From assembly GCA_043228905.1 (NCBI GenBank), contig JBHGNT010000003.1, positions 13,578,001-13,642,000 of the forward strand: a stretch of 64,000 nt of DNA, written 5' to 3'. Source of the stretch: Azolla caroliniana (taxonomy: Eukaryota > Plantae > Polypodiophyta). The stretch's first letter is position 1, and the number at the start of each line of letters is the position of its first letter. The notes beneath the pieces were generated by a model that had not been told where the DNA came from, did no database searches, and saw only the letters and a program-made list of their open reading frames with translations. The position numbers were made by a program, and so were the translations under genes. Of the stretch, positions 25,701 through 37,700 are shown piece by piece.

Positions 25701-26139
25701 TCGAATACGACAACTTCAATCAAGGACAGAAGACATAGAAAAAGCAGCTACTAGATTGAAAGAGGCAAGAATCAAGAATAAGGACAGATTTGACAAGATG
25801 AAAAGAATACGACCAAGAAAGGTGCAAGAGGGAGATTGGGTATTAGTATATGATAATAGCCTAGATAATCAATACAGTACTATTCGGAAGTTTGCAAAAG
25901 GATGGTTTGGACCTTATGAAGTTAGGAAAATAACAGATAAAGCCACATATTTCCTCAATGAATTAGATGGGACAGAAATTCGTATCCCAATTGCAGGAAA
26001 AAGGATTAAAATATTTAAAAGGAGGGAGTCATTAGAGCCTGAATTTTATGAAGAAGTAGAAGAACTAAAAGAATCGGAAGAAGTGTTGGATGAACTCTGC
26101 ACAACCAATGTGCAAGTTCAGAGGGGGTGGGTGTCGTGA
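22721..26139 (+). pseudogene. T2 pol (RT-RNase H-integrase), -1 frame; stops at 24458 and 24863, frameshift/deletion near 25420-25480
   Basis: The -1 frame is open from the slippery site into ORF 22931-24460; PFLDD, TVDSSPIGIG, WFGPY. Confidence 0.9.
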
Positions 26140-26913
26140 AGAATGTGCTTCACGATATAAAAATGAGCTTAAATGTTGTATTTAATAATATTTGAGAGAC
26201 TTGAACCCACATCCTTATAAATGATGTACAATGTACATACCACTAGGCTAGGCTATTTATTTGTAAAAGTGTGTAATAAATGTGCTTCATGATATAAGAA
26301 TGATTGCGGTTCGAATACGACAACTTCAATCAAGGACAGAAGACATAGAAAAAGCAGCTACTAGATTGAAAGAGGCAAGAATCAAGAATAAGGACAGATT
26401 TGACAAGATGAAAAGAATACGACCAAGAAAGGTGCAAGAGGGAGATTGGGTATTAGTATATGATAATAGCCTAGATAATCAATACAGTACTATTCGGAAG
26501 TTTGCAAAAGGATGGTTTGGACCTTATGAAGTTAGGAAAATAACAGATAAAGCCACATATTTCCTCAATGAATTAGATGGGACAGAAATTCGTATCCCAA
26601 TTGCAGGAAAAAGGATTAAAATATTTAAAAGGAGGGAGTCATTAGAGCCTGAATTTTATGAAGAAGTAGAAGAACTAAAAGAATCGGAAGAAGTGTTGGA
26701 TGAACTCTGCACAACCAATGTGCAAGTTCAGAGGGGGTGGGTGTCGTGAAGAATGTGCTTCACGATATAAAAATGAGCTTAAATGTTGTATTTAATAATA
26801 TTTGAGAGACTTGAACCCACATCCTTATAAATGATGTACAATGTACATACCACTAGGCTAGGCTATTTATTTGTAAAAGTGTGTAATAAATGTGCTTCAT
26901 GATATAAGAATGA
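25694..26913 (+). repeat. 610-bp direct tandem duplication (integrase end, PPT and first ~170 bp of LTR)
   Basis: 25694-26303 is repeated at 26304-26913; the translated products are identical. Confidence 0.92.
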
Positions 26914-27472
26914 AGCTATATATTGTATTAAGTAAAATTGAGGGACTTGAACCCTCAACCTTGTATACCAAGCACCAAGCATACACCACTAAGCTAGGTT
27001 AGTTATTTTAGAATGCATTTTCATCATTATACTTATCCCATATCTATTTTCATACATAGCCATCATTCATCACATGCAATGCATGTGTGCCAAATGGCGA
27101 TCATGCATTACATGTAACTCATGCATTGCATGCATGCCATGCTCCCATACATTACCATATGCATGGCAACACTTATATAAAGAGGGGAAAATAGGGTAAT
27201 CAATCAAGAGATAGTGAAAAAATAATACAATCAAGTAAAGAAGACTAGCTCATTGGGTGGAGAACCTCTCGTTTCGAAGTTGATGTCGTGGGTTCAAATC
27301 AAGGGTCGATAGAGAATGTGTTTAGTTTGCGATCAAGGATTGTAAAGTTGGTAAAATATTATATTTTTAATATACATCATGTTTATATCATATACTCTTG
27401 TTTCTAGAATCATATTTTGTCTAAATCTTCTTTCTTGAATCATACATTGTCTCTATCTTTTATCTATGCTCG

Positions 27473-27528
<56 letters not shown>

Positions 27529-27664
27529 TACTTGTAACTCTTCGTCTTACTACCCTTAACCATTCTATCATCACCATACAAGCCTTATTAAAAGTTAAGT
27601 TTCTTCAACTCCCCTTAACCTTAGTCCCCGTGACTTCGCCGCACGAACCATAACTACCCTGACA
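26742..27664 (+). repeat. T2 3' LTR
   Basis: TGTCGTGAAG...CCCTGACA followed by TSD ACGC. Confidence 0.94.
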
Positions 27665-27992
27665 ACGCGTAAGATATAACAATGAGTACAGAACGGTAAT
27701 CAATGCTGAAAGATGAAAGCAATAAGCTCTATTAATTATCCACTCCTGATTACATTGTAACCGGGCCTTTATATAGGTCTCCGGTGCGAAATACAAAACG
27801 GTGCCAACAGGCACCTTTTCGGGATCGGTCCGGATCCGGATCGGCATACCGATTCCGGTCCGTCCGTCCACATCTTCTCATATATTACTATATATTTTAA
27901 GACTACTAATTACAACAGTTCCCGAATAAACTATTCCTTTCACACTCTGGTTTGGACCTCCTTAAGCCTTCTTGCCAACCGGTAACAGAGCG

Positions 27993-28380
27993 GAGACCGG
28001 AGGACGTGAGACAGGCGAAGGAAAAGCTACGAGCGGCAAGGGAGCGGAACAAGACCCAGTTCAACCGGACGTGCCGGTTGCGACCAAAGAAGATCGAGGA
28101 AGGCGACTGGGTCTTGGTATACAATAGTAGCCTCGACAATCAGCACAAGGCGGTGCAAAAGTTTGCTAGGAGGTGGTTCGGGCCCTACACGGTGACGAGC
28201 GCGAACGACAATGGCACGTACCACCTCGCGGAACTCGACGGGACACGGTTAGCGGTGCCGGTGGCCGAGAAGCGGATCAAAGCATTCAAGAAGCGGTTCG
28301 AAGACGAGACGGAGCCTGCGAGCGGGAGCAACAACGACGATCAGTTTGGGCCCAGCGGAGAATCGGAGAGCGACGAGTGA
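27993..28380 (+). pseudogene. T1 integrase C-terminus
   Basis: RPKKIEEGDWVLVY and RRWFGPY continue the frame broken at 7587. Confidence 0.9.
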
Positions 28381-28449
28381 AGCCAATTTTTTTCGGTAAC
28401 TGCCCGTCTCTGGCGCATGCCGGTGGATGCGCGGTTTGGTGGGGGTGGA

Positions 28450-29086
28450 TGTTGTGAAGAAAACCGGTCATAGGAGGAATCAGAGAAAAAGGCGCATGAA
28501 CCGGCTCTTACACGGATGGACGTGTGAATTGATATTTTGATATTTTGTACATGATTCATAAATGGATCGGCTGATGTAAATACTAAGCAGTACACATTTA
28601 TTAGGGGGGATTGTGCGAATCTTTGTCAAAAGGGGATAGGGAATAAAGCGATTTGACTAGGGAGAAAGGGGCATCCCTTTTTTTTGCGAACTATTTAAGG
28701 AGGGAGAGAAGAAAGATAAAAGGGGATCGCACGTTGGCGAGGGGGAAGGTCTGCCTCTGCTTCGTGGACAGCCTGTGTGCTTCCAGCAGAGTCTCTCTCT
28801 GTTTTCCTTTCCTCCCTTTGTTTCTTCGAGTCATGTGGCTGTCGTCGGTGTGCGTGAGTAGGACCCCATGTCGGGTCCATCACCGGCTCGCCGGTTGTAA
28901 CCGTCAGAGTTTGCAATCTTTGAATATTGTAATCTACTGTTACTGCAATTAAGTGTGTTGTTGTTTCTCTTTCCTTCCTTCTGTTGCGTGTCTGCAAGAC
29001 TTCTCTCTCTCTCTCTCTCTCGCTCCTTGGTTCAAGGCCCCCGTGGTCCCGCCTCTTTCTACATGCACGCGCGCAACAACGTGACA
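28450..29086 (+). repeat. T1 3' LTR (lacks ~65-70 bp present in the 5' LTR at about 1913-1982)
   Basis: Direct repeat of 1614-2327. Confidence 0.92.
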
Positions 29087-31356
29087 CCTTTAGTTCATAC
29101 GTGTGGTTCTCGTGCAGGGAATCCATCTCATCCTGCATGGCACTCAACCACTTGAGGCTGTGGGTATCTCTCTTTGCTCCTTCGAAGCTTTCCGGCTCCC
29201 CCTCATCGGTTAGCAACACGTGCTCTGCATCCGGAAATCTCTAGGGGGCTCTTCCTTCTCTAAGAGGATATCTTCATCCTTGGTTTCTCACTATCGGTCC
29301 CTCCGTTTGTTTGTCATCCTCATCCAATTTGGGGTCTTGTCTAGTTCCAGTGTCTTCTTCTTCTTCTTCAGTCAGTTCAGTTTCTTGTTCGTATCCGGCC
29401 GGTTCGTCGAGTGTCATCCAGTTACCAGCTAACATCCGGTTTCCAACCGAGTATATACTTGTGTCCTCTAACCGGTTTTCATTGGATGATCCAGAGTTCA
29501 TCATCTTCTTCTCCGACTCCCAGTCAGCAATGGTTTTGTCTTCCATGAAGACTATGTCCCGGCTCCGGAACACCTTGTCGACCAGATCCCACACCCGGTA
29601 ATCGAACTCGTCATCTCCGTATCCAAGGAATATACATGGCCAAACTTCAGATCCAGCTTTGCTCTCTTATCGTTTTCCACATGCACGTAAGCGAGACACC
29701 CGAACACCTTCAGATGCCGGCAGGACACGTCCTTACCGGTCCATACTTTCTGTGGTGAGTCTCCGTCCAAGGGTACTGAGGGTGATCTGTTCATCACATA
29801 CATCGCCGTCGTCAGCGCCTCACCCCAAAACGTCTTGGGTAACTTGGCATGGACTAGCATGCTTCAGACTCTCTCCATTATGGTTCAGTTCATCCGTTCA
29901 GCCAACTCGTTTAGTTATGGCGTCTTCGGTGCGGTAAATTCGAGCCGGATTCCTTTCGAATGACAGTACTCCTCGAACTGCCCCTAGTATTCTCCTCCGT
30001 TATCTACTCGAACCGCCTTCAATTTCTGGCCGGTTTCTCTTTCCACTCTCGCGTGGAGTTCCTTGAAGACGGATAGCATCTGATTCTTCATCTTCAACGG
30101 TGAGACCCACAACTTCCGGCTGTGGCCATTTATGAATGTCACGAAGTATTGCGATCCGGCATGTGACTTCGTGTCCACTTGACACACATTGGTATGCACC
30201 AACTCTAGTGGTGCATTCCATCTCATTGGTGGTCTTGAACGGACGGAGGTTCGGTTTTGCTTGCTGGCAAAGCAATCGGTGCACTTCTCAAGGTGCACGT
30301 CTTTCACCTCGGAATGAGGTTTTCTTCGGCAAGTCTTCTCATCCCCTTTTGGCGCATGTGACACCGTCTTTTGTGTCGGATGCTATGTTTACTTCTTCCC
30401 GGCATATCCGGGCATTCATCAGGTACAATGTGTTGACCTTCCGGGTTCGAGCCACTATTAGGCTCCCTCTGCTGAACTTCATGACTCCATTCCGGATGCT
30501 ACCCATGTAGCCTTCATCATCCAGCCGACCGACTGATATGAGGTTCAGTCGAACCTTTGGAATGTGTCCGAAATCCTTCAACAACAACTTGCATCCGGTT
30601 GATATCGTCAACAACACATCTCCTATGCCGATAATTCGGCATGTACCTTCATTCCCCATCCGGACACAACCATGATCATCTGGGACTCGACGTCATTTCT
30701 GATCCGGTGTCAGGTGGAACGACACTCTGGAATCGACAACCCATGTTGTCTCATCGCCGACAAGGTTTAACTCATTCTCCTCGGTAATGAGCATTAGTGC
30801 CTATTCACTTGTCGCGATCGCTGATGTTCCTTTCTGATCCGGGTCTCTCTGGTCCGAACCGTTTCGGTCTGAACTCTTCTTCGAGGCGGTAGTGCAGGTT
30901 TCTTTCTCTTTTCGGAAATGCCGATAGTTCTTCTGGAAGTGCCCCAACTTCCGACCCGTAGAAGCAACTAGGCCTCCTCCTTGACTTCGACCTCATCCCG
31001 ATTAGTCCTAGTTTTGGGAACTCTGATACTGACCTCTTCCCCGGTTGTGGTCATCTTCCGTGACCAAAGCCTTCAGATCGGTTCCGGACTCCTGGTCCAT
31101 CCAGCAAGCTTCTTCATCCAACAAGCTTGACTTGACTCTTGCTAGGGGCAACTGCTTTCCTTCCGGCCCGACGTTGCCCAACGTGACAACTTATGTCTCC
31201 TAGCTATCCGGGAGGGAACCGAGTAGGAGCAATGCGAGTACCTCATCGAAGAGAGGTACTTCCAACGAGGTTGCTTGGTCTATTAGCCCCTGGAAGGCAT
31301 TCATGTGCTCCGCCATATTGGAGACGTCCTGGTACCGGAGCCTCACTAGCTTCCGT
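29087..31356 (-). pseudogene. C1 gag/protease/integrase remnant
   Basis: LELVHTNVC, FWGEALTT, HLKVFGCLAYVHV, WVVDS, RKLVRLRY. Confidence 0.88.
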
Positions 31357-31382
31357 TGTCGTGAAGAAAACCGTCCACAAAC

Positions 31383-34025
31383 GGAACATTGCGCTTCATT
31401 CAGGACCTGCAGCCGGTCAACAGAGTGACCATCCGGAACGCAGGAATCAGACCGACGATAGACGAGTTCGCGGAGGCCTTTGCCGGAAGGTCGATTTACT
31501 CGGTCGGTGATCTGTACTCGGGGTACGACCAGTTCCAGCTAGCCGTGGAGAGCAGAGACATTACGACGATGCGAACTCCCCTCGGCCTAGTGCGAATGTG
31601 TACCCTGCCACAAGGAGGGACCAACTCGGTGGCCCACATGGTGAATGCAATGAACAAAGTACTGAGGGATTGCATGCCGGACATCACCATGCCGTTTCTA
31701 GATGACATCCCCATCAAGGGGTGCCCGGTGGAAGAGAAGGACGAGACACTCGGGCCGGACGGATGCCGGCGATTCGTAGCAACACACATCGACGACTGCG
31801 AGAAGGTGCTACAAAGGCTAGAGGATGCGAGGCTCACCTTCTCCGGGGAGAAATCGGCCTTCGGGCAATCAGAAATCCTGGTGGTCGGGCATCTATGTGG
31901 ATCATATGGCCGGAAGCCGTCTCCAGCAAAGGTAGAAGCCATCTCCGCGATGAAGACCGACTGTAGCTCGGTTACGGAAGTTCGGAGGTTCCTGGGGGCA
32001 TGCGCGTTCTACCACATATGGATCCCGCATTACGCCCACATTGCGGAGCCACTATACGGGTTGCTGAAGAAGGGGCAAAGATTCGAGTGGCGAGACGAGC
32101 ACACGGAGTTGGTCCGGAAGCTGAAGGAAGCTCTTGCGGCATCACCGGCGCTCCGGAAGGCTGTCTACGAGAAGGGTACCCCGGTATACATAACGGTGGA
32201 TACGAGCCCGACCGGGATCGGATGGGTCGTCAACCAAGAAGATGAGGACGGCACCCGGTTCCCGATCCGATTCGGCGCTAAGGTCCTCAGTGAGCGACAG
32301 CGAGGGTACGCCCAGGTTAAACGCGAACTCTGGGGTATCGTTTCGGCGGTAAAGGCGGACAAAGACTACCTGATCGGGACAAAAGTGATTATCGAGACAG
32401 ATTGCCTGCCGATTCTCGGCATGGTTTCCGGATGCGCGACACCGGACCTGGCGATGCTTAGGTGGATAGCGTACATCAAGTCCCTGGACCCGGAGATACG
32501 ACACATTTCCGGAAAGGACAACGCCATGGCCGACATGCTTTCGAGGGCGAGGTTTGATGACGAGGGCGGCATGGTTTCGGAGGACGAAGAAGTCGGCATG
32601 GACTTCTTCGAGGCGGCGTACGTGACGACCGATGGGACAAGCACTCCGGCACTTAACGACTTCGACGAGAGCAAGTACGACGGCGAGTGGCTCCAGATCG
32701 GTGGATTCCTGAGGACAATGACGCCAGATGCTTCATGGACGAAGGACGAGGCCAACCGGATCCGGAAGAAAGCTTACCGATTCTTTCTCCGGGATGGATA
32801 CTTGTGGAAGCACCCGAAGAAGAGGGACGGCGCTCCGCTCCGGGTGGTGGCGATGAAGGAAGAACAGGAGGAGCTGCTGACGGCCTACCACGACAGCCCT
32901 TGGGCCGGACACCGTGGAACCTGGGCCATGTTCGAGAAGATAAAGGGGAAGTACTGGTGGCCGGGACTGTACCGGGACGTGCATCGATTCGTGACAACTT
33001 GCGAGAGCTGTCAGATGCACTCCATAGTCCGACACCGGGACGAACTTCACCCTACGTACCCTCCGACCATCCACTTCAAATGGATGGTAGACCTGGTAAC
33101 GATGCCGATAGGAGTAGGACAGATGCGGTATCTGGTCCTGGCTCGGGAAGATCTAACGAACCAGGTGGAAGGCTAGGCCCTTCAGAACAAAACGACTGCA
33201 GCCGTATGTCGGTTTCTGCTCGAGGACATAATATGCCGGTACGGGTGCGTCGGGAAGATCGTGGTTGATCGCGGGGAGTTGGATGCCGAAGAGGCCGAGG
33301 AGCTGTTTGACCGGTTAGGGGTCAAGCTCTCGCTTCCCACTGCGTACAATCCGGAGGCAAATGGGAAGGTGGAGCGCGGACACGGACCGATCGTCAAGGC
33401 GTTAGTTCGGGCATGCGGAGGTCAAGTCGGGAACTGGCTGCGGCTACTGCCTTACGCGTTGTGGGCTGACCGGACTACGCACACTTCGGTAACCGGATTC
33501 ATGCCGGCAGAGCTCATGTTTGGGCAGAAGCCGATCATGCCGATCGAACGTACGGTCTCCTCATGGGCAACCGTGGACTGGAGAGACGAGATGAGCCGGG
33601 AGGAACTGTTGACGGCGCGCATACGACAGCTCGAGCGGAGACTGGAGGACATGGAGCAGGCTGCGGAAAAGCTTCGGGTGGCCAGGACGAGGAACAAAGC
33701 CAGGTTCGACCGGACGCACCGGCTCCGACCGAAGAAGATCGAGGAAGGCGACTGGGTGCTAGTCTACGACAGCAGCCTCGACAACCAGCACCGAGCGACA
33801 CGGAAGTTCGCAAGAAGGTGGTTCGGGCCTTACGTGGTACAAAGCGCCAACGACAACGGGACGTACCATCTAGCGGAACTCGACGGCTCGAGAATGGCGG
33901 TACCGATAGCTGGGAAGCGGATCAAAACGTTCAAGAAGCGTCACGACGATGAGCCGGATCCGGATAACCTGGACCGGGACGACAGACGATCCAAAACCGA
34001 AGAAGAACCGACGAGTGGGGAATAA
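31383..34025 (+). pseudogene. T3 pol (partial RT, RNase H, integrase; one stop at 33174)
   Basis: ORFs 31389-33176 and 33261-34025 are in the same frame and highly similar to T1 pol. Confidence 0.92.
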
Positions 34026-34098
34026 AGGCTGGACCGGTTTTCTCCGTCCCAACTCGATTTGGCGCATGCCGGTGGATGCGCGGTTAGGTGGGGGTGGA

Positions 34099-34741
34099 TG
34101 TCGTGAAGAAAACCGTCCACAAGCGGAATCGGTGCACCAGAGCGTAGGAACCGGCTCTTCATGCACGTGCGCCTTATGTTGTACATAGGAGATCCTAGGC
34201 GGGCAGATTCGGTAGGTAGGAAGTAAAGGGGAAACGACTCCTTCCTTGCCTATAAAAGGAGGGAGACGAGGAGGAGAAAAGGATCGCGGAGAGTCGAGGA
34301 CGAAGTGTTGTCGGTTTGCGTGCGAAGGCTTCTCTCTCTCTCTCTCTTTCTGGTTGCAAACGCCATAGCTTCCTTCTGTGCAGGTTTCGGGAGGCTCGCG
34401 CTGCTCTGAGGAATGCCCGAGTGCTTCCGGCAACACCTCCAACCTACTCTTTCCCCTCTGTGCGTTTACGAGCAGGTATCGGCATCTGTTCGCCGGCCTG
34501 TTCGGTTGTAACCGACTTTGTGTTTTGTTGTCTTCGTGTTCTTGTTGTTTGTCTTGTCAATACATACATACTCTCGTGTCTTTCTGTGTCGCTGTCCCAC
34601 TCGCGTCTTTGCGTCGAAGGGTCGTGTCCCTGTGAATCTACGCTCGCACGTAGTGCGTCTCTTCTCTTTCTCTCTTGCTCTTCGGTACAGGACCCCCGAG
34701 GTCCCGCCTCGCTCCACGCATCCGCGAGGAATACCTCGACA
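34099..34741 (+). repeat. T3 3' LTR
   Basis: Follows PPT GGTGGGGGTGGA; TGTCGTG...CTCGACA. Confidence 0.88.
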
Positions 34742-34744
34742 CCG

Positions 34745-37700
34745 TGTAAAAAGAATAGTGTGCGGAAGCAATAGAAAACCAAACACAGAAACACAACTTT
34801 AATGGAGAGCTTGAATATACACAAAACGCGGGAGAGATGGACAGAGAGAGGGAATGCACACAAAACTCGATTAAAAAATAATACTCAGTTTGTACATAGG
34901 ATGTGCTCAGTGAGCACTTTTATACAAGTCCATACAGATTGACAGAAGTACTGACACGTACTTCAATGCTCATAAGTGAGCTCTACACTAACTCCCAAAA
35001 TATATTCCTACGCGGAATATCTTTCCAACGGCCTCGCGGTTGACGCACCGCTACGGCTTCTTGTTGCGTGTTGGTCTGCGCACCGGTTTACGCACCGGTC
35101 CAGCCTAACCGATCGATCCCAACCGATCCGGTTCTCGGCTTGCACGGCTGATCCGGCCAATGTTGAGCTTGTATCTCAACACTCCCCCTCAAGCTCAACT
35201 TCAGGTTCCATCCGCTCTTCCAGATCTACGCTCCGGTTCCTTCTGGCTTCACGCCTTGCTCGCGGCTTGCGTGCTCGTGCGGCCCTTCTCAGCTCTGTTG
35301 CGGTTGTGGTGTTGGCGCTTCTTCTACAACCTTCTCTTCCACTTGGTCCTCAATTGATTCGGTGTATCCGAATCAAGCATCCGAACCGATTCGGCTTCCT
35401 CTGATCGGTTTTCGCTTTCATTCGAGTTGGTTGTCTCCAACTCGTCTTCGATCTTCCCGCCCTTGATGGCTTCGTCTCCCCCATGCTTGGTTGGCTTTGG
35501 TTCTCTCTTTCGATTGCTCCCCTTATATCCGCTTTCGGAATCTTCCGCGGATCCGCCCTTGGCTTCTTCAGCCAATCCGAAATCGAATTTGTCATCCGAC
35601 TCGGCATCGCGGTCTTCCGGAACTTCTCTCCCCCTTCTATGGTTATTCAGAACGTCTCTCCCCCTCAAGTTCAGCACGTCGAGGTGACGCAACCCAAGCG
35701 CACCCGAGAATTGCCGCAACTTGTCAGAACCAAGAGGGTTGGTGAAGATGTTGGCGGTTTGCTGATCCGTCGAAACATACTGAAGTTCGACTTCACCGAA
35801 GAGGACATGCTCACGGACGAAATGGTAGTGCACCTCAATGTGCTTAGTCCAGGCATGGAAGACGGGGTTCTTTGCTAGCTGGATGCTGCTGAGGTTGTCG
35901 CAGTAGATTGTCGTTGGATCGGATACCTCCACCTGCAGATCCTTAAGTAGCTGCTTCAACCATATGGCTTTGCATGTTGCGACAACCGCTCCTCTATACT
36001 CGGCTTCGGTGCTCGACAACGCAACTGTCGGCTGCTTCTTGCTACTCCACGCGATCGCATCACTCCCAAGAGAGAACATGAAACCGGACGTGGATCGGCG
36101 ATCGGTGACGTGGCCGGCCGAGTCAGCATTGCTGTAGCCGACCAACTACGGGGTTGTCCCGGTCCGATATAGTAGCCCCTGATCCTTAGTGCCGCTTACG
36201 TATCGTAGTATGGGTTGCGCACACTGAAGGTGCTCCTCGGTAGGTCACGCCATGAACTGACTAATCACCCCAACCAGGTAGTTGAGATCTAGTCGGATGA
36301 TGGTTAAGTATATAAGGCTTCCGACTATCTGTCGGAACCTTGTCGGGTCGCATACCTTTCCGGAATCGGGGCGAAGCTTGATGGTTCTATCCAGAGGAGT
36401 CGAGACGGACTTATAGTCAACCATCCCGAATTTGAAGAGCATACTCAGCATGTAATGCCGTTGGCTGATCAGTATGCCTTCGAGGCTGCGGATCACTTCG
36501 ATCCCGAGGAAGTAATGAAGGTCCCCCAGATCCTTCATGTCGAATGATGCCGCAAGCTGGAGCTTCACGCGGTCAATCTCACCTAGGTCGGCGCCGGTGA
36601 TGACAAAGTCATCAACATAAAGTAAGATGCTAACTAGCCCAAGTCGACCTTTCCGGATGAACAGTGAGGAGTCCGATTTTGACATCGGAAAGCCCATCCG
36701 ACGCACTCGTTGCGTGATCCTCGCGTTCCAGGCACGCGGGGCTTGCTTTAGTCCGTAAAGGGACTTCTTCAACCGGCACACCGTCGAGGTGTTCATTCCA
36801 GAGTGAAATCTAGGGGGTTGTACCATGTACACATGTTCCTCAAGCTCACCTTGCAGGAACACATTCTTTACATCCACCTCATGTAAGTGCCACCCCTTCG
36901 CCGCAACTACTGGGAGCAAAACGCGGATGGTCGTCATCTTCGCGACCGGTGCAAACGTCTCATCATACTCGATGCCATGTTGCTGCGCGTAGCCTTTCAC
37001 TACTAACTGGGCCTTGTATCGGTTGACCGAGCCGTAAGTGTTGTACTTGACCTTGTACACCCACCTACATCCGATCGGCTTCACACCTTTCGGTGCATCA
37101 ACCAGGTTTCATTTTTTGCCAATGCGCGCATCTCTTCCTCCATTGCGGCACGCCATGTACGCATTTGGGTAGTTGTCCGGCTCACACACTTCTGCTACAC
37201 GGGACACGTACGCATAGTGATGTGCCATGTACTCATTATATCCGCATTCTATCCGAACTACACAACAGGTTTCTTCTAGCGGGTAGATCGGCGTAACTGT
37301 TCATTAGCTGATGTTGAGGCTTTCTTGGCCGACTCAAACTTCACTCTCGAAGACCCATCATCACTTCCCTCGGAGTCGGACTCGCGTCGATCCGTCTCGT
37401 TCCTATCCGTGCCGTAATCCAACACCTTCTTCTTCCCTTTTTCCTTGCGTGTAAGCCGTCTCCTCAGCTTCCTGCATGGGGAATGCACAGCCGAGTCTCC
37501 ACTACTCGCCAACTCTTCTTCGGACTGGTCAAACCGACTCAGTCATCCATTCGGTCCACTTAACCGAAACGAGATCGGACTCTCTTCGAGGATCCCGATT
37601 TCACCCTCATCTGGAGGCACTTCAGCCTCGCTGACCTCATTGTCAGACCTCGGATTGGAGTTGAAGTCCGGAGTTGTAGGCAAGTACCAGGAAGTGGACT

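Larger units (their letters stand above)
19655..27664 (+). mobile_element. Ty3/gypsy element T2 (AT-rich member of the Trp-PBS lineage), inserted in the R1 5' LTR
   Basis: LTRs 19655-20573 and 26742-27664 are near-identical; perfect TSD ACGC; PBS 20578-20594; PPT AGAGGGGGTGGG. Confidence 0.95.
7588..27987 (-). mobile_element. Ty3/gypsy element R1 (non-chromovirus-like, extra 3' ORF), interrupted by R1d and T2
   Basis: 3' LTR 7588-8037; 5' LTR split into 19513-19654 and 27669-27987; perfect 5-bp TSD GAGCG at 7583-7587 and 27988-27992; gag-pol on the minus strand. Confidence 0.94.
1614..29086 (+). mobile_element. Ty3/gypsy element T1 (tRNA-Trp PBS lineage), interrupted by R1 at 7588-27987
   Basis: LTR pair 1614-2327 and 28450-29086 (TG...CA), PBS at 2332, PPT GGTGGGGGTGGA before 28450. 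TSD is CCGT/CCTT (4 bp, one mismatch), and removing the element restores the C1 frame. Confidence 0.93.
1..31356 (-). mobile_element. Ty1/copia LTR retrotransposon C1 (degenerate; own sequence at 1-1613 and 29087-31356, interrupted by T1; 5' part cut off by T3/C2)
   Basis: Minus-strand RNase H/RT fragments (ALQNKWVYKLK, LKKSLYGLKQAPRQWY) at 153-1613. The frame resumes at 29091 (HENHTYEL) and continues through integrase, protease and Gag remnants to 31356. RT/integrase closely resemble C3. Confidence 0.92.
31357..34741 (+). mobile_element. Ty3/gypsy element T3 with a large internal deletion
   Basis: The first ~30 bp of LTR (TGTCGTGAAGAAAACCGTCCACAA) are fused to RT (GTLRFIQD). Full 3' LTR at 34099-34741; TSD CCGT on both sides. 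Confidence 0.92.

Noticed and set aside
33700-34025. Chromodomain at the T-lineage integrase C-terminus
   Set aside because: The region shows a GPY/F-type module (WFGPY) followed by an acidic tail, with no recognisable chromodomain motif.
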